Shown piece by piece: positions 1 to 8,141 of a DNA stretch of 64,000 nt. The stretch covers positions 1 through 64,000 of the IMG/VR virus record IMGVR_UViG_3300005836_000011. One strand, 5' to 3'. Below the pieces are notes generated by a model. The model saw only the letters and a program-made list of their open reading frames with translations. It did not search any database and was not told the origin of the DNA. Source of the stretch: a virus. Its lineage: Duplodnaviria > Heunggongvirae > Uroviricota > Caudoviricetes. Positions within the stretch are counted from its first letter, which is position 1; every line of letters begins with the position of its first letter. Made by a program: the position numbers and the translations under genes.

Positions 1-285
1 GATGGAGTCGATCAGATTCTTCTTCGTGCTCTTTGTAGCCGACTCGTGTATGCAGGTTCGGCCTGTTGTCACCATGAGTTCATATTCGAGGACGTCACTA
101 TCGCCACGCTCGCGGCCATAGACAAAGAGTTTCGCAAGAGTGGTAAACGTCAGTCTAGGGGGCTGCTAAAAGGCGTAAAGCGCAAGCCGCTAGCAACTCC
201 TGCTGTATCCGAATACAGGGAAGGAAAGTACCTGACTGAGGTAGTATTGGACCTGTTCAACCCTGAAAGGAGCTCACATGGATAA
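1..285 (+). CDS. hypothetical protein, C-terminal fragment running in from upstream of the window
   Basis: Frame 1 is open from nt 1 to the stop at 283-285. The listed ATG at 46 is internal. Confidence 0.3.
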   Translation, partial: DGVDQILLRALCSRLVYAGSACCHHEFIFEDVTIATLAAIDKEFRKSGKRQSRGLLKGVKRKPLATPAVSEYREGKYLTEVVLDLFNPERSSHG

Positions 286-457
286 GCAACTTGAGGAAAC
301 CTTGGGGGGGTTCGCGCAAACGACCACTGATGCCATCCTTGCACTCGACGCGCGAGTGAGGGCGCTAGAAGGAATTGTCATAGAGATGGGAAATCTTCAC
401 GAGAAGTCGGCAGCAGCCATTCTTCAACTTCTCGAGGGGCGGAAGAAGCCAGAATGA
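278..457 (+). CDS. small hypothetical protein (59 aa)
   Basis: ATG at 278 follows 'gaaaggagctcac'. Stop TGA at 455-457 overlaps the next ATG (ATGA coupling). Below the ORF-track size cutoff. Confidence 0.35.
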   Translation: MDKQLEETLGGFAQTTTDAILALDARVRALEGIVIEMGNLHEKSAAAILQLLEGRKKPE

Positions 458-627
458 TCATCGCTGCCCTCCAACTAACCGAACCTAAGTCTAGGAACCT
501 AGACGAAGAGGAACGCCTCCGTGATCTACACAGAATCAACTACTATCTCCACTCATTGGCCGAGGATCTTCTCGATCTGCTGCCAGGAGAATGGGAGGTA
601 AAGGTCAGCGAGGCGCAGTATGAATAA
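454..627 (+). CDS. small hypothetical protein (57 aa)
   Basis: ATG at 454 overlaps the previous stop. It contains the CTAGGAACCTAG motif, which encodes SRNLD. It ends at TAA 625-627, overlapping the next ATG at 620. Confidence 0.3.
   Translation: MIIAALQLTEPKSRNLDEEERLRDLHRINYYLHSLAEDLLDLLPGEWEVKVSEAQYE
491..502 (+). promoter_or_regulatory. CTAGGAACCTAG dispersed near-palindromic 12-mer, copy 1
   Basis: Exact 12-mer; member of the repeat family described in the findings. Confidence 0.5.
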
Positions 628-973
628 GTGGAATGCCATTCTCTTCACCGTAGTCAGCATTGGTGTGACTGCGCTCTACACAACGTTGGCCTGGGGTGGC
701 GATCACTACGCGCTTCTAGCGCTGGCGGTACTTTCTGTCATCGAAGCTATCTTTGCTGGCCTCTTTCTGTGGGAGTGGAAGGTTGCTCTGAAGGGATGGG
801 GGAGAAGCACGAGTGGATGGGCTTCATCGCAGACATGGGCGATTCAGCAAAACATCATCCTTCGTGACACTCTCAACGAGCTACGCGCGTACGACGAGGA
901 AGCCTTCTCCATTCACAGCGGAAGAGCAACTTCCGCCAGTTTCGAATATCTCAAATCATCCGAAAGGGGGTAG
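620..973 (+). CDS. membrane protein with two predicted TM helices
   Basis: ORF track; hydrophobic segments FTVVSIGVTALYTTLAW and ALLALAVLSVIEAIFAGLFLW. Confidence 0.5.
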   Translation: MNKWNAILFTVVSIGVTALYTTLAWGGDHYALLALAVLSVIEAIFAGLFLWEWKVALKGWGRSTSGWASSQTWAIQQNIILRDTLNELRAYDEEAFSIHSGRATSASFEYLKSSERG

Positions 974-1176
974 TGATGGACGAAGCCTGTATTGCTACTT
1001 ACACTGTCCAGATCTTTGGGCCAGAAGACGACGAGGAAAAGCCTTACCGCTGGCTTGAATCTGACAAGCGCGTCCTGGCGGATCTTCCGGCCATGCTTGA
1101 ACATGCCGAAGAAAATATCCAAACGCTACTGCCCGAAGGATACAAGGCAGTAATCAAGGAGTGGGATGCTGTATGA
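973..1176 (+). CDS. hypothetical protein
   Basis: ORF track; start abuts the previous stop. Confidence 0.4.
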   Translation: MMDEACIATYTVQIFGPEDDEEKPYRWLESDKRVLADLPAMLEHAEENIQTLLPEGYKAVIKEWDAV

Positions 1177-1709
1177 CTGATGTGACATACGTTGGCACTG
1201 TGCATGGGCTAGTCGAGAAGAAGGGAGGCTGGCACTCAGTAGAGATAGCGGTGCCCGGAAAACAGTGGCCGATAAAGGCGGACACAAAGCTCGAACCTCT
1301 GCTCAAGCAGGTGCGCGAGATTCGCGACGGAGATCTCACGGCCACCTTCACCGTCTCAGAATCTGAGTCTGAGAACATCAACCCCAACAGCGGTAAGCCG
1401 TATATCGAGCGGCGCTTGGAGAAGGTGGAGCTAGGTGCTCAAAACGCTCCAAACGCGACCGTGAGTCCTTCTGCCTCCTCTCAGGATGTGATGTCCAAAG
1501 AGGAATGGGCGCGCAAGGATTCTGCCATCCACAAGATGGCGTGCATCAAGACGGCCGCTGATGCGCTGAAACACACACTCCCCTCCGATCCAACGACGGA
1601 AGATCTGAACACATTCAAGAGCCGTGTAATTGATCTAGCACTTGCGTGGCACCGATCAGTCCTGGCTGAGAGAGATGACCCGACCGGGGATGACATCCCT
1701 TTTGAGTGA
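1173..1709 (+). CDS. hypothetical early protein
   Basis: ORF track 1161-1709. The likelier start is ATG 1173 (MTDVTYVG), overlapping the stop of the previous gene. Confidence 0.5.
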   Translation: MTDVTYVGTVHGLVEKKGGWHSVEIAVPGKQWPIKADTKLEPLLKQVREIRDGDLTATFTVSESESENINPNSGKPYIERRLEKVELGAQNAPNATVSPSASSQDVMSKEEWARKDSAIHKMACIKTAADALKHTLPSDPTTEDLNTFKSRVIDLALAWHRSVLAERDDPTGDDIPFE

Positions 1710-1723
1710 AGGGGAGTCGGATA

Positions 1724-2122
1724 ATGGCTAAGCGCACGTGTGAATGTGGCAATTGCAAAAAGTGCAGACACCGCGAATACATGAATGCTTGGTACCGACG
1801 CCCTGGAAGCGCAGAGCGTGTTCGTAGCTGGGCCACGCGATATCGCGAAACAAACGCGGATAAGGTCCGAGAATATGACCGTGGCAGAGGATTTCGCGAA
1901 GGGGACAGAAATAAAATCAAAGCTCGCTATATCCTGAATCGAGCAATCGAGCGTGGGGATATCGTTCCTCCGGACATATGCGATGAGTGTGAGACACCGG
2001 GCCGAGAGTTTTCAGACGGACGGCGCTCTATCCAAGCACACCATGACGATTACGCAGAGCCATGTTCCGTTCGATGGCTCTGCGTGTCATGCCACGGGAA
2101 AACTCATCGCGTGATCGTCTAA
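1724..2122 (+). CDS. HNH endonuclease
   Basis: Cys clusters (CECGNCKKC, CDEC) and an HNH core IQAHHDDYAEPCSVRWLCVSCHGKTH. Start probably MAKRTC at 1724. Confidence 0.6.
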   Translation: MAKRTCECGNCKKCRHREYMNAWYRRPGSAERVRSWATRYRETNADKVREYDRGRGFREGDRNKIKARYILNRAIERGDIVPPDICDECETPGREFSDGRRSIQAHHDDYAEPCSVRWLCVSCHGKTHRVIV

Positions 2123-2370
2123 TGTCTGATTTTGCGCATCCAGAAACAGGTGAGATACTGCGCACACACAGCGAGTTCCTGGATGCCATACAAGAAATCG
2201 AGGAGCGCCTGGCGCCGCTATATGGCGTGCGCCGGGCGCTCAGGAAGGAAATGGCAGAACGCTTTCCTCCTCCCGAAATGCCTCGACCACGGGAGCGTAC
2301 TGCCACGCAAGACAAGGTCGCACGCTGTCCACGTTGCGGTGGACGTGTGGAAGACGATCTAAGAACCTAG
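2122..2370 (+). CDS. hypothetical protein with C-terminal Zn-ribbon (CPRCGG)
   Basis: ATG 2122 overlaps the TAA of the HNH gene (MSDFAHPETG...). The stop TAG at 2368-2370 lies inside a degenerate 12-mer copy. Confidence 0.4.
   Translation: MSDFAHPETGEILRTHSEFLDAIQEIEERLAPLYGVRRALRKEMAERFPPPEMPRPRERTATQDKVARCPRCGGRVEDDLRT
2359..2370 (+). promoter_or_regulatory. CTAAGAACCTAG, degenerate copy of the 12-mer
   Basis: One mismatch to CTAGGAACCTAG. Sits immediately upstream of the 2395 gene. Confidence 0.35.
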
Positions 2371-2394
2371 ACCCCCATCAACCGAAAGGAAGAA

Positions 2395-2967
2395 ATGAAG
2401 AGATTCGTTCTCTATCTCATTGCTGCATTTTTGCTTGTACCCGCCATTGCGCTCGCTGGCGGAAGCTCTGCAACTCAGAACGTCTGCTTCACAGATGTCA
2501 CAGGACCACCGATCGAAGGTAACGGAAGCGATAACAACAACGGCCACACTCACAACGTCACGCTCTGCGGAGACGTTCCCGTCGGTGAGCAAGGCCCTGC
2601 TGGTCCCCAGGGACCCGCTGGTCCTGCTGGTCCCGCCGGCCCTGCTGGTGCAGCTTCAACGGTTCCCGGACCCGCCGGTCCCGCAGGCCCTAAAGGCGAC
2701 ACCGGTCCCGCCGGTCCCGCTGGTAGTGGCGTAGCTGGTCCCGCAGGTCCCGCTGGACCACAGGGTATTCCTGGTCCCCAAGGCCCGCAGGGTCCCGCTG
2801 GACTAGCTGGTGTCTCGCGCACCATCACGAGAACGGTGAAGCTAAAGCCGACAATCATCATCAAGCGCTACACGAAGGTGATTGTGAAGAAGGTGTACAT
2901 CTATGGGTGCCCGAAGGGGTACACAACCGATCCGAGCGGTAAGTGTCAGCCGCAGGGAAGCGGCTAA
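2395..2967 (+). CDS. secreted collagen-like (Gly-X-Y) repeat protein
   Basis: N-terminal signal-peptide-like [23 protein letters not shown], about 80 residues of [13 protein letters not shown] repeats, and a Cys-containing C-terminus. Confidence 0.7.
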   Translation: MKRFVLYLIAAFLLVPAIALAGGSSATQNVCFTDVTGPPIEGNGSDNNNGHTHNVTLCGDVPVGEQGPAGPQGPAGPAGPAGPAGAASTVPGPAGPAGPKGDTGPAGPAGSGVAGPAGPAGPQGIPGPQGPQGPAGLAGVSRTITRTVKLKPTIIIKRYTKVIVKKVYIYGCPKGYTTDPSGKCQPQGSG

Positions 2968-2981
2968 GCCGCGCTGGCCAG

Positions 2982-3209
2982 ATGAGAAAAAAGCCTAACC
3001 ATCGCCGCAGTCATTTCGTGGAAGCGGCGGTTGAGAAAACAACCTGGTTACGTCAACAGAAAGGAGTAGATCTGGATGTCGTAGAAACAGTGGAGTTACT
3101 CGCTGAAGCACTCGTTCGGCTAGATGCGCGAGTGCGAGTAAGTGAGAGTCATACCGACAGGAAGCTCGCAAAACTACGAAAGGAATACGATGACCACCAT
3201 GACCGATGA
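2982..3209 (+). CDS. hypothetical protein
   Basis: ORF track 2943-3209. The preferred start is ATG 2982, after the stop of the upstream gene. Confidence 0.35.
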   Translation: MRKKPNHRRSHFVEAAVEKTTWLRQQKGVDLDVVETVELLAEALVRLDARVRVSESHTDRKLAKLRKEYDDHHDR

Positions 3210-3597
3210 ACTGCGCGGCATTCAGACCGTGCGCGTAGAGAAGGAACCACTCCTCAAGCGCATCAGGGCCAACAAGGAGGACCATCGCAAGATCTATGAG
3301 GAAGCGATGGAGGGCTGGAAGCGTTCAGTGATTGAGGAGTTGGAAAAGGCATACAACGACGCACTCACAGGTAAGGACTTCCGAGTCGTCGTTCGTCTTG
3401 AGCGTCCCGAGGATCACACGAACGAGTACGACACCGTGATCGAGCTGCTCAAGATGTCCGTGGATGAGGAGTTCGAGTTGACCTACGTGGAGTTCTCGAA
3501 CTTCGTACTCGACAAGTGGGGATGGCAGGCAGGGTTCCTGCGCACCGCTTCGAGCTACGGCTCGACGCTCGCCATGTCCAAGGGCGACATCGTCTGA
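3193..3597 (+). CDS. hypothetical protein
   Basis: ORF track 3142-3597. Likely start ATG about 3193 (MTTMTDELRG) after 'aaaggaatacg'. Confidence 0.5.
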   Translation, partial: TTMTDELRGIQTVRVEKEPLLKRIRANKEDHRKIYEEAMEGWKRSVIEELEKAYNDALTGKDFRVVVRLERPEDHTNEYDTVIELLKMSVDEEFELTYVEFSNFVLDKWGWQAGFLRTASSYGSTLAMSKGDIV

Positions 3598-3767
3598 GTT
3601 GCATTAGAGACGTGAACGTACTAATGTCTCCCTTGCTCAGGGCAGCCTGAGTTTTCTCTCCCCCAGGGCCACATCGGACGGTTCATGGTCCCGCCCGGTG
3701 TGGCCCACCCCCACAACCAAAGGAGGTGACGCCATGCGAATAGCCACCGCATAGGAGGTGATTTCAC

Positions 3768-3941
3768 ATGGCTGCATCCGGAGGGAAGGGCAAGGCCCGC
3801 TCCGACAAGGACAAGGACCGCGCCGCCTACATGAGGCGCATGGGTATCGTGCGCACGACAGGTCGCTGCGCCGTCTGCTACAAGATCGTTACGATCGACA
3901 GCTGGAAGTCGCGCTACACGCACCGCTGCTGGACGCACTAA
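3768..3941 (+). CDS. small Cys-rich (Zn-binding?) protein, 57 aa
   Basis: ATG 3768 with a strong RBS AGGAGG at -9. MAASGGKGKARSDKDKDRAAYMRRMGIVRTTGRCAVCYKIVTIDSWKSRYTHRCWTH. Not in the ORF track (<60 aa). Confidence 0.45.
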   Translation: MAASGGKGKARSDKDKDRAAYMRRMGIVRTTGRCAVCYKIVTIDSWKSRYTHRCWTH

Positions 3942-3984
3942 TATTCGAGATACCGGGATCCAGTGAGACCCGGTGGACAAGACG

Positions 3985-4026
3985 CAAACGCCCCCGTCCT
4001 GCGCTGCGGGGGCGTTTGTGCTTTCT
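3985..4026 (+). terminator. rho-independent terminator-like hairpin
   Basis: caaacgcccccg / cgggggcgtttg stem with a 10-nt loop, followed by tgctttct. Confidence 0.5.
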
Positions 4027-4036
4027 AGGTTCCTAG
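4025..4036 (+). promoter_or_regulatory. CTAGGTTCCTAG 12-mer copy
   Basis: Exact copy between the terminator and the RBS of the 4055 gene. Confidence 0.5.
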
Positions 4037-4054
4037 AGGAAGGAGGTAACCGAA

Positions 4055-4354
4055 TTGGCCTACATGAGAGACGACTACTACATCTGGTCTGACGGGGTGA
4101 ACGTCCACATCCATGACCGATCTCGTGGAGATGACGCAAGCGTTAGTCATGTATCAGTTCCCGAGGATACTTTCGAAGAACTGGCAGCGATGGTCTTTTT
4201 GCGCTTGTCAGAACAGGAACGCGAGAAGGCGATCAAGCGTGCATACAGGAATCACGGTGGCAACTTCGGCTGCGAAGGTGTGGCCAAGTATCTTGGCAAG
4301 CCTTCGGGGTACGACATGGTCAGCAAGATGGTCGAAGGAAAGGAGTCGTCATAA
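4055..4354 (+). CDS. hypothetical protein
   Basis: ORF track; RBS ggaaggaggt upstream. Its stop lies immediately before the SLOG-domain ORF, which is in the -1 frame. Confidence 0.5.
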   Translation: MAYMRDDYYIWSDGVNVHIHDRSRGDDASVSHVSVPEDTFEELAAMVFLRLSEQEREKAIKRAYRNHGGNFGCEGVAKYLGKPSGYDMVSKMVEGKESS

Positions 4355-4689
4355 GAGTTCTCTTCTGTGGGTCACGCGACTGGACGGATGCCGGCAAGAT
4401 CGCGGCAGAGTTCGACGCCGTTCAGCCCACCGTTGTCATCGAAGGGGAAGCCAGGGGTGCAGACACCCTTGCGCGTCTCGAGGCTGAGCGTCGTGGTATC
4501 CGCGTACTCCCATTCGAGGCTGATTGGGATATCTACGGAAGGGCGGCCGGCCCCATTCGCAATAAGGAGATGCTTGAGCTGGGTAAGCCCGAACTCGTCA
4601 TTGCCTTCCAGCTAAACGACAGCAAGGGAACGAAAAACATGATCCAACAGGCAGAGAAGGCAGGAGTACCCGTAAAACTCATCACCTGA
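4354..4689 (+). CDS. SLOG/DUF2493-like Rossmann domain ORF (YspA/DprA-related) with no start codon
   Basis: Frame-1 translation RVLFCGSRDWTDAGKIAAEFDAVQPTVVIEGEARGADTLA...GIRVLPFEADWDIYGRAAGPIRNKEMLELGKPELVIAFQLNDSKGTKNMIQQAEKAGVPVKLIT has DUF2493-type motifs. No ATG/GTG/TTG is in frame between the upstream stop at 4144-4146 and nt 4590. Confidence 0.55.
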   Translation, partial: RVLFCGSRDWTDAGKIAAEFDAVQPTVVIEGEARGADTLARLEAERRGIRVLPFEADWDIYGRAAGPIRNKEMLELGKPELVIAFQLNDSKGTKNMIQQAEKAGVPVKLIT

Positions 4690-4700
4690 AAGGAGCAAGA

Positions 4701-5624
4701 GTGAGTTATCTCGTTCTTACATTCATTCTGTTCGTGATCTGCGCGATCACGTTCGGTATAGGGAGGTCGTTCGCGAGTACACCGGACGACGCGTATGAAG
4801 CAAAAAGCAAGCAGTCCATAGGAAAGATCACCGAGTGGTCGGCGATCATCATCTTCGTATTGCTTTTTGTCCTCTGGACAGGAGCCAAGACATTCCATGC
4901 CGTCCCTGCTGGCCACGTCGGCGTCGTCTATCAGTTCGGGAACATCGTCGGCCAAACTGACGCCGGCCTCGTCACCACGGCACCGTGGCAGGACTTGAAG
5001 CAGGCAAACGTGCAGGTGCAGCGTGAGTCATTCGATCAGCTCGACTCGTTCTCGAAGGAGACGCAGGACGTATTCATCAAGGCGACCATCAACTATGAAG
5101 TTAGCCCCAAGGACATCCAGACGCTCTACCGCACAGTCGGACCAAACTACTTCGACAAGCTGGTCCCCACACGCGTCAACCAGTTGTTCAAGGACGAGAC
5201 GGTGAAGTTTGCGGCCGTCAACATCGCACCTAACCGAGAGGTCATCCGCAAAGAAGTGCTGGCTCGGCTAAAGGCCGAACTTGCCAGGTATTCGATCCAG
5301 GTCGACGATCTCCTGATCGACAACATCAAGTTCTCCAAGGAGTTCACGAAGTCGATCGAGGATAAGCAGATCGCTACCCAGGAAGCCAAGGCTGCAGAGA
5401 ACCGCGTCAAGACCGCACAGGCCCAGGCACAGCAGGCAATCGCCGCGGCCAAGGGGCAGGCGAAGGCGCAGCAGCTGCAGCGCTCGACACTCACCCCGCT
5501 GCTTGTTCAGAAGTATGCGATCGACAAGCTCAACCCGAACGTGCAGGTTCTCGTGGTTCCCTCGAACGGAAGCATCCTGCTGCCATCGTCGCTACTGAAC
5601 AGCCTGCAGACAGGGAGGAAGTAA
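4701..5624 (+). CDS. SPFH/band-7 (stomatin/HflC-like) membrane protein
   Basis: N-terminal TM helix, an SPFH-like core (HAVPAGHVGVVYQFGNIVGQTDAGLVTTAPWQDLKQANVQVQRESF...) and a C-terminal Ala/Gln-rich coiled coil. Confidence 0.75.
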   Translation: MSYLVLTFILFVICAITFGIGRSFASTPDDAYEAKSKQSIGKITEWSAIIIFVLLFVLWTGAKTFHAVPAGHVGVVYQFGNIVGQTDAGLVTTAPWQDLKQANVQVQRESFDQLDSFSKETQDVFIKATINYEVSPKDIQTLYRTVGPNYFDKLVPTRVNQLFKDETVKFAAVNIAPNREVIRKEVLARLKAELARYSIQVDDLLIDNIKFSKEFTKSIEDKQIATQEAKAAENRVKTAQAQAQQAIAAAKGQAKAQQLQRSTLTPLLVQKYAIDKLNPNVQVLVVPSNGSILLPSSLLNSLQTGRK

Positions 5625-5737
5625 TGGGCAGGGCAATCGAGTTGTCACTTCTTGCCATCATCGTCATCGTCGTTGCCTTCTTCGTGATCCCGAAGGTGCT
5701 CATCGAGATTCAGAAGATGCGGAAGGAGGATCATTGA
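5624..5737 (+). CDS. small membrane protein (37 aa), translationally coupled to the SPFH gene
   Basis: ATG overlaps the TAA of the SPFH gene. MGRAIELSLLAIIVIVVAFFVIPKVLIEIQKMRKEDH. Confidence 0.4.
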   Translation: MGRAIELSLLAIIVIVVAFFVIPKVLIEIQKMRKEDH

Positions 5738-5913
5738 TCAGCCCTTATGACAGATCCCACATCGGAGAAATCCTGGCTGGCCAAGGAGATTGGTTCACGG
5801 CCAAGCTCCTGCGTCTGTGCATGAAGGCGGATTCCAGCAACCTCGAGCGGATTCGTCTTGGCTTCCCCGAGGTCGTCGAAGCCTTCGAAGAGTGGAGATG
5901 GAGGACAGAATGA
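5734..5913 (+). CDS. small hypothetical protein (TTG start)
   Basis: Frame-1 ORF LISPYDRSHIGEILAGQGDWFTAKLLRLCMKADSSNLERIRLGFPEVVEAFEEWRWRTE reads as a real protein. The listed 5790-6059 ORF has a junk-like Arg-rich N-terminus. Confidence 0.3.
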   Translation: MISPYDRSHIGEILAGQGDWFTAKLLRLCMKADSSNLERIRLGFPEVVEAFEEWRWRTE

Positions 5914-6059
5914 TTACCTACTGGCTCACGCTCGCGATCACCGCGGAGGATCTCGCCAAGGCCCTCAAATGCGAGGAGGATGAAATCGAGACGCAGGACT
6001 ACATCGGCGCGATCCGTGATTTTGGGGAGATCGTGAAACTGGAGGAGGTCGAAGAGTGA
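5910..6059 (+). CDS. small acidic hypothetical protein
   Basis: ATG 5910 overlaps the TGA of the previous ORF. MITYWLTLAITAEDLAKALKCEEDEIETQDYIGAIRDFGEIVKLEEVEE. Confidence 0.35.
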   Translation: MITYWLTLAITAEDLAKALKCEEDEIETQDYIGAIRDFGEIVKLEEVEE

Positions 6060-6277
6060 AGTGCAAGAATCCACAACAGCGTTTCCTGAACAAGATGCGG
6101 AGACGCAGATGTGCGTGCGGTTTTCCGTTAAGGGCGTGGGATATGTCTAGAGAAGAGGTAGAGAAGATTCATTTCGGTGGAACCACAGAGTACATCGGAG
6201 GATCGTGGCGTGTCACGTGTGAATGCATCAATGGCCACGTCTGGTCCGAATCATATCCCGAAGATGCCGCCGCCTAA
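6056..6277 (+). CDS. small Cys-rich (Zn-finger-like) protein
   Basis: ORF track; GTG start overlaps the previous stop. Has CACG...CECINGH. Confidence 0.4.
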   Translation: MKCKNPQQRFLNKMRRRRCACGFPLRAWDMSREEVEKIHFGGTTEYIGGSWRVTCECINGHVWSESYPEDAAA

Positions 6278-6404
6278 GATCTATCGCTGCGCTGCCTGCA
6301 ATCGACCGCTGAAGAAGGATCGCTGGGTATACAGTCCATCCACGCGTGCACACTACTGCTTCCCAGGAGATTGCAAACTCGACAGAAAGAAGAAGAAACA
6401 ATGA
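6264..6404 (+). CDS. small Zn-ribbon protein
   Basis: ATG 6264 (MPPPKIYRCAACNRPL...CFPGDC) follows the end of the previous ORF. The listed ORF 6177-6404 shares this frame; the first 29 codons upstream of the ATG are not counted. Confidence 0.3.
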   Translation: MPPPKIYRCAACNRPLKKDRWVYSPSTRAHYCFPGDCKLDRKKKKQ

Positions 6405-6688
6405 AGATCACGGTCGATGGATCTGTCGTCTATCTCGGAAAATGCGAGACAGGCGTCTACGTGTACGTGGGAGAGCAGTCGCAGGGAGATTCACCGATTC
6501 CCGTGGATGAGACAGAATCCATCCTCAACGGAGTATTGGTCGACTACGCGGAATCTGGCGAAGTCATCGGCGTCGAGATTCTCGTTCCCACCGGAGACTC
6601 ACGCGCTGAATACCCATGCGAATGCTTGGATGGAGGACACAAAACAAGAGATGGAACCTGCATGTGCGGTGGCTTCATCCGTAGGTAG
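6401..6688 (+). CDS. DUF2283-like small protein
   Basis: ATG 6401 after 'agaaagaagaagaaacaATG'. The VDYAESGEVIGVEIL motif is typical of DUF2283. Confidence 0.5.
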   Translation: MKITVDGSVVYLGKCETGVYVYVGEQSQGDSPIPVDETESILNGVLVDYAESGEVIGVEILVPTGDSRAEYPCECLDGGHKTRDGTCMCGGFIRR

Positions 6689-6697
6689 GCGGTAACA

Positions 6698-6735
6698 GAA
6701 GGGCGGCCATTTTGTTTGCGGCCGCCCTTTCTGAT
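6698..6735 (+). terminator. rho-independent terminator-like hairpin
   Basis: aagggcggcc, an 11-nt loop, ggccgccctt, then a weak T tail. Confidence 0.45.
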
Positions 6736-6816
6736 ACCGTTGTCATTCTGCGATGACGATCTCACCTTATCAAGTCTGACGGATGTTCCGCAATCGAACG
6801 TCCGCAGGGTAATGCT

Positions 6817-6832
6817 TGGCTCATATGAGCCA
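6817..6832. promoter_or_regulatory. 16-bp perfect palindrome TGGCTCATATGAGCCA (candidate operator)
   Basis: Perfect inverted repeat in the 250-bp non-coding gap after the terminator and before the 6988 operon. Confidence 0.4.
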
Positions 6833-6915
6833 GCGTTGCGTCGGCTCCACGCGGGGGCGCGGCGTGTCCTATGCAGCTATGCGACGACGGCAAATGGTCG
6901 GGGTGGGACCGGGTC

Positions 6916-6959
6916 TTCTCCGCCTACGCCTTGCGGCTACGGCGGCACTCCGCCTACGG
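6916..6959 (+). repeat. direct repeat of CTCCGCCTACG(S)C, two copies
   Basis: tctccgcctacgcc ... actccgcctacggc, 30 bp apart, just upstream of the 6988 gene. Confidence 0.35.
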
Positions 6960-6987
6960 CGTCGTGCACTACGAAAGGAAGTGCGCA

Positions 6988-7350
6988 ATGACGGATGACC
7001 TTGAGCTCTTCGACTACGGCATCGAGAGAAAGAGCGGTGACGTAACTCCAGCAAACGCTAGGGATGTCGTGGCTACCGTTGTTGAGATCTTCGCAGAGGA
7101 AGGTGTCCCGCTGGCGGGAAGATTCCGAGGCATGATCGGGAGGCATGCGAAGGATCTCCTGGACTCGGGCTTCGATTACTCCACTGTCGTCGTCGCTGCT
7201 GTTATGGCGTGCAAGCGGGGAGTCCCGCAGCACCTCACCTTCATCGCCCAAGATTTGGTGATGGCGCGCGCAGGTGTAAGAATGACTCGTCGAGAATATG
7301 AGCGAGCCATCCAGGATGAGATGGAGATACGGAGGCTAGAGGGTCGATGA
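6988..7350 (+). CDS. hypothetical protein
   Basis: ATG 6988 after 'gaaaggaagtgcgcaATG'. Listed as part of 6871-7350. Confidence 0.5.
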   Translation: MTDDLELFDYGIERKSGDVTPANARDVVATVVEIFAEEGVPLAGRFRGMIGRHAKDLLDSGFDYSTVVVAAVMACKRGVPQHLTFIAQDLVMARAGVRMTRREYERAIQDEMEIRRLEGR

Positions 7351-7616
7351 ACGCGAGTGAGACGCAGGATGTATGGGTGGTGATACTCATCGTTGATCCT
7401 GAGCCAATCGAGGGGATGATGGAAGTATTTGGCACGCCGGTACGCGCGAGACACCAGCCAATGAGCTACCCGCAAATTGGCTACGTGCGTGACGATGGTC
7501 AGGGACCAGAAGCTGCAGCGCGCGCAATGCTAGAGACGCTGGATCCTTTAGAGCGCTTGCTCGTGCATGTGGCAAAGGTTGGGCGGATCGCAGAAATTGA
7601 GGAAGTGCGGCTGTGA
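7347..7616 (+). CDS. hypothetical protein
   Basis: ORF track; ATGA overlap with the previous gene. Confidence 0.45.
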   Translation: MNASETQDVWVVILIVDPEPIEGMMEVFGTPVRARHQPMSYPQIGYVRDDGQGPEAAARAMLETLDPLERLLVHVAKVGRIAEIEEVRL

Positions 7617-8080
7617 ACGCCAGAGAGACGCAGGAAATTACGAGGATGGTGGAATCTGGGTGGAGCTGTGACTTCGGGATGGAGGGGCGGAGGCTGTGGT
7701 TTCACATGCTCTCTCCTTATGACCCCGAGGTAGCCACCAAGGCCGTTATCGAGATGTCGAAGTTTCCCCTACCGAACGGTCGCTTCAAACCGCAGATATC
7801 GGATCTGCGCGCAATCATCGTCTCCCTTAACAATCGCACGGAGAAACAGCAAGAAGCTCTCACGGAGGGGAAGCGGGGAGTAGCCACGCCGGAGTGGGTA
7901 TGGGTGTGGTCGTGGTCGCGATTTATGAGGAATCCTCCCGAGCCTCGCGCGTTCCCGCAACAGGAGCATTACGCCGATCCCACGAAGATGATGTCGAAGC
8001 AGGAGTACGAGGGACTACGCAACGAGTGGATTACCCTTGGTTCTCCGAAGAGCGCAAATCCCCTACCGAGTCTTCCCTAG
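7613..8080 (+). CDS. hypothetical protein; N-terminus is a paralog of the previous gene
   Basis: GTG start overlaps the previous stop. N-termini MNASETQDVW and MNARETQEITRM share a roughly 25-nt direct repeat at the DNA level. Confidence 0.45.
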   Translation: MNARETQEITRMVESGWSCDFGMEGRRLWFHMLSPYDPEVATKAVIEMSKFPLPNGRFKPQISDLRAIIVSLNNRTEKQQEALTEGKRGVATPEWVWVWSWSRFMRNPPEPRAFPQQEHYADPTKMMSKQEYEGLRNEWITLGSPKSANPLPSLP

Positions 8081-8141
8081 CTGGCGGTAATGGTATAAGA
8101 TTCCTCTAGTCGCCCACGGACCCTACTGAAAGGAGCGCGAC

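Noticed and set aside
3621-4139. 172-aa minus-strand ORF and 92-aa plus-strand ORF 3758-4036
   Set aside because: Arg/Cys/Pro-rich junk composition typical of off-frame GC-rich DNA. The region is better explained by a short RBS-preceded gene at 3768-3941, a terminator hairpin and a motif copy.
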